Positions 52,463 to 64,000 of a DNA stretch of 64,000 nucleotides are shown here, piece by piece. The DNA is from the human T2T-CHM13v2.0 reference genome, Homo sapiens: the NCBI RefSeq assembly GCF_009914755.1, contig NC_060927.1; one strand, given 5' to 3'. A program made the position numbers and the translations under genes. The notes beneath the pieces are model-generated. The model saw only the letters and a list, made by a program, of their open reading frames with translations, had not been told where the DNA came from and searched no databases. Positions within the stretch are counted from its first letter, which is position 1. Every line of letters starts with the position of its first letter.

Positions 52463-53650
52463 AGAATTGCAGAATGAACAAGAATTTCCCAACCAACTAT
52501 CTGCTGCTTTCAAGAGTCTCACCTGCCACAAAATGACTCACATAAACTTAAGGTAAAAAGGTGGAAAAAGACATTCCATGCAAATCAACACCAAAAGCAA
52601 GAAGGAGTAGCTATTTTTATATGAGACAAAAAAAAAACTTTAAAGCAACAGCAGTTAAAAAACGAAAAAGTGACATTATATAATGATAGAAGACCTTGTC
52701 CAATAGGAAAATATCACAATCCTAAATATCTATGCATTTAACACTGGGGCTTCCAAATTCATAAAACGAGTACTAATAGACCTAAGAAATGAGATAGACA
52801 GCAACACAATAATAGTTGGGGACTTCAATACTTCACTTACAGTACTAGACAGGTTATCAAAACACAAAGAAACAATAGATTTAAACTATACCCTGGAACA
52901 AATGGACTTAACAGGTATATACAGAAAATTCTATCCAAAAAACCCAGAATATATATTCTATTCATCAGTGCATATAACTTTCTCCAAGATAGACCATATT
53001 ATAGGCCACAAAACAAACCTCAGTTTTAAAAAATTGAAATTATATTAAGCACTCTCTCAGACCACGGTGGAATAAAACTAGAAATCAACTCCAAAAGTAA
53101 CCTTGAAAACCATGCAAATAGATGGAAATAAAATAACCTGCTCGTGAATGATCATTCTGTCAAAAATGAAATCACACCTCAAGGAACTAGAGAAACAAGG
53201 ATAACACAAAACCAAACCCAGCAGACAAAATGAAATAACCAAGATCAGAGCAGAACTAAGTGAATTTTTTTAAAAAAGTACAAAAGATAAATGAAACAAT
53301 AAGCTGGTTCTTTGAAAAGATAAATAAATTGATAGACCACTAGCAAGATTATCCAAAAAAAGTAGAGAAATAATCCAAATAAACTCAATTAGAAACAAAA
53401 TAGAAGATATTACAACTGACACCACAGAAATATAAAAGATCCTACAAGGATACTATGAACGCCTTTAGGCACATAAACTAGGTTAAATCAGGAATAAATA
53501 AATACCCTGCACAGACCAATAACAAGCAGTGAGATTGAAATTTTAATAAAAAATTACCAACAAAAAAAGTCGAGGAACAGATGGAGTCATGGCAGAATTC
53601 TAGCAGACTTTCAAAGAAGAAATTGTAGCAATCCTGTTGACACTATTTCT
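52463..53650 (+). mobile_element. L1PB-like ORF2 fragment (EN to start of RT) with internal deletions
   Basis: 'gactcacataaacttaaggtaaaaaggtggaaaaagacattccatgcaaat', 'ggggacttcaatac', 'gcagaattctagcagactttcaaagaagaa'. Confidence 0.9.
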
Positions 53651-55250
53651 TGAGGTATTCTTAAGTAAATTTAATCTAGTTAGTGTTTTACAACCTTCTT
53701 GTTTTTGAACATTCATATCTTTCTCTAGGTTTTGAAATTATCTGTTATTACCTCTTTGCATATAGTTTCTATGCCTATGCCATTGCCACTACATTGCCTA
53801 TGCCAATGCCAAACTCTTTCTCTACCTCCTCTTTGAGATTAGTTAATCTTAGATTTGTCGAGTTTAGGCTATTTTCTATATCTTGTAGCTGTGCTTCATT
53901 TTTTAATTTTTTTCTTTTGTCTCCTCTGACTCTGTATTTTCACATAGCCTGTCTGCAATCTAACTAATTCTTTCTTCTACATGTTAAGTTCTGTTATGTT
54001 TTCCTGGATGGTCTTGATGCTTATAAGACCCGGACACTGAAGAATCTGTTATGTATTCTAATATTTGAAGCCTGGGCATTTTTGTTTCTGTCCTTTTATA
54101 GAAGGCTTATCAGGTATTCAGAGATTTGAGTATTATGATCTACCTTTTTTTTTGCCACTGCAACTATATCTGCATTAGGGCCAAGCCACAAACCCAGTAA
54201 TGCTGTGACTCTCGGAGACTTATTAAAGTACTGCCTTGGTGGTGTTGGGTAAGATCCAGAATTCCCTGGATTACCTGACAGATTTTTGTTGTTGTTGTTC
54301 TTTTCTCTTAGTTTTCCTCAAAAATATTTAGTCTCTCTTCTGTGCTAAGCTGCCTGAAGTTGGGTAGGAATAATGCAGGCTTTCTTGTGGCCACCACCTC
54401 TGTGATTACGTTGGGTCATACCTTAAGCCAGCAGTTTACTGAATCTTACCCAAGTCCTATGGCGATGACTGAGGAATCCTTCCAGTACTGGGCCTTTCCT
54501 TTCAGGGCAGCAGGTTTCTTTGTGGCCTAGGATAGATCTAGAAATGCCATTCAAGAGATAGCGCCTGGAATCAGGGGTTTTCACAATCTACTTATTGCAT
54601 TATTTTACTGTGGTTGAGCTGGTACCCAAGTTGTAAGACAAAGTCATCTTTACTTTTCTCCCTCCTTTACATAAGCAGAAGGAGTTTCTTTCAATTTCCA
54701 CAGTCTTCTCAGGCCTGTGGTGACTACTGCCTAGAAACTGCCAATGTTTATTCAAGGATGATGGGCTCCTTAGTCAGTAGATGATGTCTTCTGGGAACTA
54801 GGGCCTGGAATCAGGACTTCAGAACTCTATGTGGTGCATTATTTTAGTGTGGCTGAGCTGGTGTCCCAGTTGCAATACAAAGTCCTCATTATCTTCCCTT
54901 TTTTTCTCCCCTCAAATGGAAAGAGTTTGGCTGTGACAGGCAGCCCTGAATTCCAACCCAAGGTCCTCCAATCACTTTGCTCTCACTTTCCCAAACACAC
55001 AGATTCTTTCTCCATGCCACACAGCATTGACAGGGAATAGGAGGAGGCAGTGTAGGCAATTTAAGACTGTCTTACCTACCTCTTTCAATGCTTCTGTTTG
55101 ATATAATGTAAAAACCAGGCACTGTGGTTATACTCCTGAGTTCTGCAACTTATGATGGTACTTTCTTTTGTGAATAGTTGTTCAATACAGTGTTCTTGTG
55201 GGGAAAATGATCACTGAAATGTTCTATTCAGGCATCTTGCTCTATCTCCT
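53651..55250 (-). mobile_element. L1M (L1MA-type) 5' UTR plus start of ORF1
   Basis: Reverse-complement similarity to the 5' UTR/ORF1 of the 41890-49526 element; right end 'ggcatcttgctctatctcc' is the L1M 5' start on the minus strand. Confidence 0.85.
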
Positions 55251-55944
55251 ATATTGATTTATTTTCCTTTGGGTAGATACTCACGAGTCAGACTGCTAGA
55301 ACAAACTGTAGTTCTATATTTAGCTCTTCAAGAAACCTCTATATTATTTTTCACAATGGTTGTAATAATTTACCTTCCTACCAACAGTGTATAAGAGTTC
55401 CCTTACCTCTATAGCCTTGCTAACATCAGTTATATTTGACATTTTTAGTGATAGCCATTCTGACTGGGGTAAGATGATATCTTATTGTGGTTTTAATTTG
55501 CATTTCTCTGACAATTAGTTATGTGGAGTTTCTTTAATACACATGTTGGCCATTGTATGTCTTCTTTTGACAAGTGTCTATTCATATTCCTTGCCTCCTT
55601 TTTAATGGGGCTGTTTATTTTATTTTGCTGTTCCTGTTGAGTCATTTGAGTATCTCGTGTACTTTGGATATTTGACTCTTGCCATATGCATAATTTGCAA
55701 ATATTTTCTCCAATTCTTCAGGTTGTCTGTTCAGTCTACATATTATTTTTCTTGCTGTGCAACATTTGAGTTTAATTTAGTTATATTTTTCTATTTTGTT
55801 TTTTATTGCTTGTGCTTGAGAACTTAGTCATCTATTATTCACCTAGATAAAAGTTCACAAGAGATTTCCCAAGGCTTTCTTCTAGTCTTTTTGAAGATCA
55901 GGTCATACATTTACATTTTTATTCCATCTTGAGTTGACTTCTGT

Positions 55945-59519
<3,575 letters not shown>

Positions 59520-60139
59520 TGACTTTTGTATGTGCTGAGACATAGTTACTTAGTTTCATTTTTCTCCATATGACAATTCAATTTTCCCAGCATCAGTTTT
59601 TGATATGGATGTCCTATTCTCAGTGTATGTTCTTGGTGAATTTATCAAAGATCAATTGAGTTTAAATATTTCGCTTTATTTCTGGGGTTCATATTCTGTA
59701 CCGTTTTCTATATGTCTATTTTTATAGTGGTTCCATGCTATTTTGCTTATATAGCTTTGTAGTAAAATTTGAAGTCAGGTAATCTGATACCTCCACGTTT
59801 ATTCATTTTGCTTGGGATACATTGACTATAAAGACTCTTTTTAGGCTTTATATAAATTTTAAAATGGTACCTTTTAATTTTCTTTAAAAAATGGTGTTTT
59901 GATGGAGATTATATTAAATTAGTAGATTTCTCTAGGCAGTGTGATTATTTTAATAGTAATTCTTCCAATGCATGAGCATGAAATATTGTTCCATTTGTTT
60001 TTGTTATCTACAATATATCTGTTTTTTATAGTTTTTATTATAGAAAGCTTTTATCTTCTTGCTTACGTATATTCCTAGGGTTATTTTTAGGCAATTGTAA
60101 ATGCGATTGCCTTTTTGATTTTATCAGCTAGATCATTAT

Positions 60140-60234
60140 TGGTGTATAGAAATGCTATTGATTTTTTGTATGCCAATTTTGTATCCTGGTGTATAGAAAT
60201 GATATTGATTTTTTGTATGTTAATTTTGTATCCT
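60140..60234. repeat. 47-bp tandem duplication inside the old L1
   Basis: 'tggtgtatagaaatg(c/a)tattgattttttgtatg(cc/tt)aattttgtatcc' x2. Confidence 0.9.
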
Positions 60235-63097
60235 GAGATGTTATTGGTTACTGAATTCATTTATAAAATATAGGCATGTTTCATTTTTCAGTTTTGTTTT
60301 TCTAGGTACAACATCACATTTTCAGCAAACAGGTATATTCGACTTCCTCTCTTTTCAATTTGGTTGTGTTTTTTGTATTTTTTTTTCTCTTGCCTGATTG
60401 CTCTGACTAGGAATTATACTACCATGTTAAATATAAATGGTAGAAGTTGATATCCTTGTTTGGTTTGAGTTATTAGAAGAAATGTTTTCAAATTTTCCCC
60501 AGTCAGTATGATGTTGAGTGTCACCTTGTCATATGCGATCTTTATTATATTGAGTCATTTTTCTTCTCTGTGTAGAATGCTGTATTTTATTAAGTGCTTT
60601 TTATATATCTATTTTGATGATTTTTTATTGTGTTTATGTGATGTATCACATGCATTGATTTACATATGTTGAACCATTCTTGCATACGTGGTTTAAGTCC
60701 ATTGGATTATGGCGTACTATCTTTTTCATGTGCTGCTGGATTCAGTTTGCTACCATATTGGAGGGTTTTTGTCTCTTTCTCCTTGAAGGATGTTGATATT
60801 CTGTTTTCATTATTTTTTCTTTTTTCTGATTTTGATATCAAGCTGACATTGGCCTTGTAGAATGAGTTACCATTTACTCCTTACTTCTCAATTTTTTTGA
60901 ATAATTTCTAAAGAATTGGTGCAGTTCTTCATTTATTTGGTAGAATTTGGCTGTGAATCCATCTTATCCTGAGCTTTTATTTATTCAAATACTTTTTTAT
61001 TACTGATTCAATCTGTACTAAATATTAGACTTTTCAGGTTTTCTGTATCTCCTTGCTTTAATCTTGGGAGGCTGAGTGTTTCCAGAAATTTGTCTGTTTC
61101 CTGTAGATTCTCTAGTTTGTGTGCCTATAGTTGTTCTTATACTCTGATTACCTTTTGTATATCTGTAGCATCAAATGTAATATCATCTTTTTCATTTCTA
61201 ATTTCATCTATTTGGAGCAACTCTCTTATTTTTTAGGTTAGTCTACCTAAGAGCTTGTCATTTATCTTTTTGAAGAAACAACTTTTTTTTTCATTGATCC
61301 CTTTAACTGTTTTTTTTTTTTTTTTTTTTGGTCTCTATTTTATTTAGTTAATTAAGCTCTGAACTTTATTTTTTTTTTTAATTCTGTTAATTTTGTGTTT
61401 GACCACTCTTGCTTTTCTAGTTCTTTGAGATGTGACATTAGGCTGTTAATTTGTAATCTCTGATTCTTTGATGTAGGTTTTTAATGCTATAAACTTTTCT
61501 TTTAGCACTGCTTTTGCTGTATTCCACATGTTTTGGTATGCTGTGTTTTCATTTTTATTTGTTGCATTGTATTAAATTTATGGCTTTATTTCTTCATTGA
61601 GCCAATGATTGTTCAGAAGCATGATGTTTAATTTCCATGTTTGTATATTTTCTAAAGTTCCTTTTGATATTGATTCCTAGATTTTTCCACTGTGATCTCA
61701 GAAGATAATTGATATGATTATATTCATTTAAATTTGTTGAGACTTATTTTGTTATCTAAAGTGGTCTCTCAGCTTCATATGCTGATGTGTCGAATATACA
61801 TTCTACAGTTGTTGAGCATAGTGTTATGTAAATATCTGTTAGGCTCATTTTGTCTAAAGCTTAATTTGTTTAATTTTTGTTAATTTTCTTTTTCAATGTT
61901 TTCTAATGTTGTGACTGGAGTGTTGTAGTCCTCTACTTTTATTTTGTTGTCATCTATGTCCTTCTTTAGATATAATAGTGTTTATTTTATGTATCTGAGT
62001 TATCTTGTGTTGGATTCATTTATACTTAGAATTGTTATATCTCTCTGCTGAATTGGTCCCTTTATCATTATATAATAATCTTATTTATTTATTTTTATTT
62101 ATTTAGTTTTTAACATTTTTTTACTTAAAGTGTAGTTTATCTGAGTATAGCTACTGCTGGTCTCTTTTGGTTTCCATTTGTGTGAAACATCTTTCCCCAC
62201 CCCTTTACTTTCGGTCTACGTGCCTTTGTGGATAAGGTGAGTTTCTTGTAAGCAGCATATAGTTTGATGATTTTTAAAAATCCATTCTACCAATCTATTT
62301 TAAGGGACCACTTAATCAATTTATGTTCAAAGTTAATAATGATTTTTACATTTTGTTTCTGCATATTGTTAAGTGTTTTATACTTGTTTTATAAATTATA
62401 TGTTTCTTTTTCTCTGTCTTTGAAGTTAAGTAGAATTCTATAGTGAAGGCAATTGATTCCTTTCTATTTCTCCTTTGTGTGATTCTTTTATCTACGAGTT
62501 TTATACTTTCATGTGCTTTCACAATGGTGAATATTGATTGTCTTTTATTTCTACATTTAGAATACCTTAGAGCATTTTTTGTGTAGTCGATCTTGTGATG
62601 ATTAATTACTTGTGCATTTGCTTGTCTGAGAATGGCTTCATTTCTTTATTACTTATAAAGTTTAATCTTGCTTCACATAGTATTCTTGGCTGGTTGTTTT
62701 TTTCTTTCAGCACTTTGAATATGCCATCCTATTCTCTTGTGGCCTGTAAGGGCTCTGCTGAGCAGTTGTTATCAGTCTTACAGGCTTTCCTTTAGAGATG
62801 ACTAGACAAGTTTCTCTTGCTGATTTCAGAACTATTTCCTTCAGTTTGTCTTTAGAAAATCTGATTATAGTATTGAGACGTCCTTGCGGGAGGGGGTCCC
62901 CAGAAATACTCCAAATGACCCATTCACTGGAGATGTGCACTGAGGTGGAGCCACAAAAATTCACACTGTTTGCAGTAAGGAGGAGCCTGGCCCCTTTTCT
63001 TTCTGTGTGGAACCTGGGATTTGAACAGCCGGATGGGAAGCACTCTACCAGGGACCCCAACTTTAGCTGAACTAAGGAAAATTCCTGCAACATTTTT

Positions 63098-63115
63098 TGG
63101 CACCCTACGTGGGGC
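63098..63115 (+). other. Retroviral primer-binding site, tRNA-Lys(CUU)
   Basis: tggcaccctacgtggggc matches TGGCGCCCAACGTGGGGC at 16 of 18 positions, just after the LTR-terminal CA and a T run. Confidence 0.8.
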
Positions 63116-63570
63116 TTGATAAGTGGTGAATAAAATGGGGACTCAAAACCTCTCACTGTGGCTTCTAAGCCTTTTCATCCTCAGATGTCTGAGCTTACGG
63201 GAAACTTCACCCTCACACCCGTATCACTCCAGGGGGTTGGGGGCCTTTTCACAGGCTTTTCTTTTTTGGAAAAGACTGACAAACAGCAGCTCCCCTCTAC
63301 CCTCCCCTCTGTACTGGGTTGGAGTTACATGATCCAAGGTGCCTGGGGCAGCTGGCTGGTTTCCAACCACACTACCAGAACCCTCTCTTCCTCTGCCAAG
63401 GGGTTCGGCTCCACTGGACAGTAATTAAACTATTTTCCCTGTTGGAGGAACCACTTGCATAAGAACAAAAGGTTCTTTCCTAGGCATTTTTACACCTTTC
63501 TTTTCTTCCCCTTCACTACCCCACAGCAGTTAACCTTTAAAGAATTTTTTTTTCCTCTTAGAAGACATTG

Positions 63571-63773
63571 TTTATGACTGCATAGTATTCCATGGTGTAT
63601 ATGTGCCACATTTTCTTAATCCAGTCTATCACTGTTGGACATTTGGGTTGGTTCCAAGTCTTTGCTATTGTGTTAGTGGGTGCAGCGCACCAGCATGGCA
63701 CATGTATACATATGTAACTAACCTGCACAATGTGCACATGTACCCTAGAACTTAAAGTATAATAAAAAAAAAA
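63571..63773 (+). mobile_element. Tiny young L1 (L1PA2/L1HS-like) with 5' inversion
   Basis: Antisense late-ORF2 piece 63571-63672 joined to the sense 3' tip 'ttagtgggtgcagcgcaccagc...aactaacctgcacaatgtgcac...ttaaagtataataaaaaaaaaa'; TSD core aagacatt on both sides. Confidence 0.93.
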
Positions 63774-64000
63774 GACATTTTTACTAGGCCAGGCCTCACA
63801 ACTTTTACTGTTTATATTTCCTGTGAAATTTTGGTTGTGAAATGAAGCCTCCGTTTTGTTTTACATCCTGAGGGGATAGCTTGTAACTTTGGTGGGAGAC
63901 TTTGTTTACCAATCCTGCCTTAGGGAAAGTTTCTTTAAGACTTGATACCTGCTTGTTCTCCTAGCCCTGTCTCTTAACAAACCCACCTGGGGACTGGGTT

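Larger units (their letters stand above)
62874..64000 (+). mobile_element. Endogenous retrovirus 5' end (probably ERV1 class): short LTR ~62874-63092, PBS and leader; runs off the window
   Basis: GC-richer segment starting TG and ending 'cctgcaaca', immediately followed by a tRNA PBS; family not assigned confidently. Confidence 0.75.

Noticed and set aside
63098-63125. tRNA-Lys gene or pseudogene
   Set aside because: Only the complement of the tRNA 3' end is present, directly after an LTR end, so it is a PBS.

Overview
This is AT-rich, CpG-poor mammalian DNA, almost certainly human given an AluYb-lineage element with the 7-nt insertion. I can support no host protein-coding gene, RNA gene or CpG island. 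Most of the window is interspersed repeat: many LINE-1 copies of different ages (a near-full-length L1PA7-like, a full-length ~7.6 kb L1MA1/2-like, two twin-primed 5'-inverted L1s), five Alus plus one free monomer, two L2 relics, MIRs, a complete THE1 (MaLR) provirus, a solo LTR14-type (HERV-K) LTR, an ERV LTR with a tRNA-Lys primer-binding site, MADE1 and MER94 DNA-transposon relics, and microsatellites. Every ORF with recognisable homology is a broken L1 ORF1/ORF2 or L2 reverse-transcriptase fragment. I found no new biological system. The best signals are two young, possibly polymorphic insertions, clear twin-priming junctions, intact DUX4 motifs in both LTRs of the complete THE1, and several microhomology rearrangements. 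Subfamily names come from recalled consensus sequences, not a search, and boundaries of old repeats are approximate.
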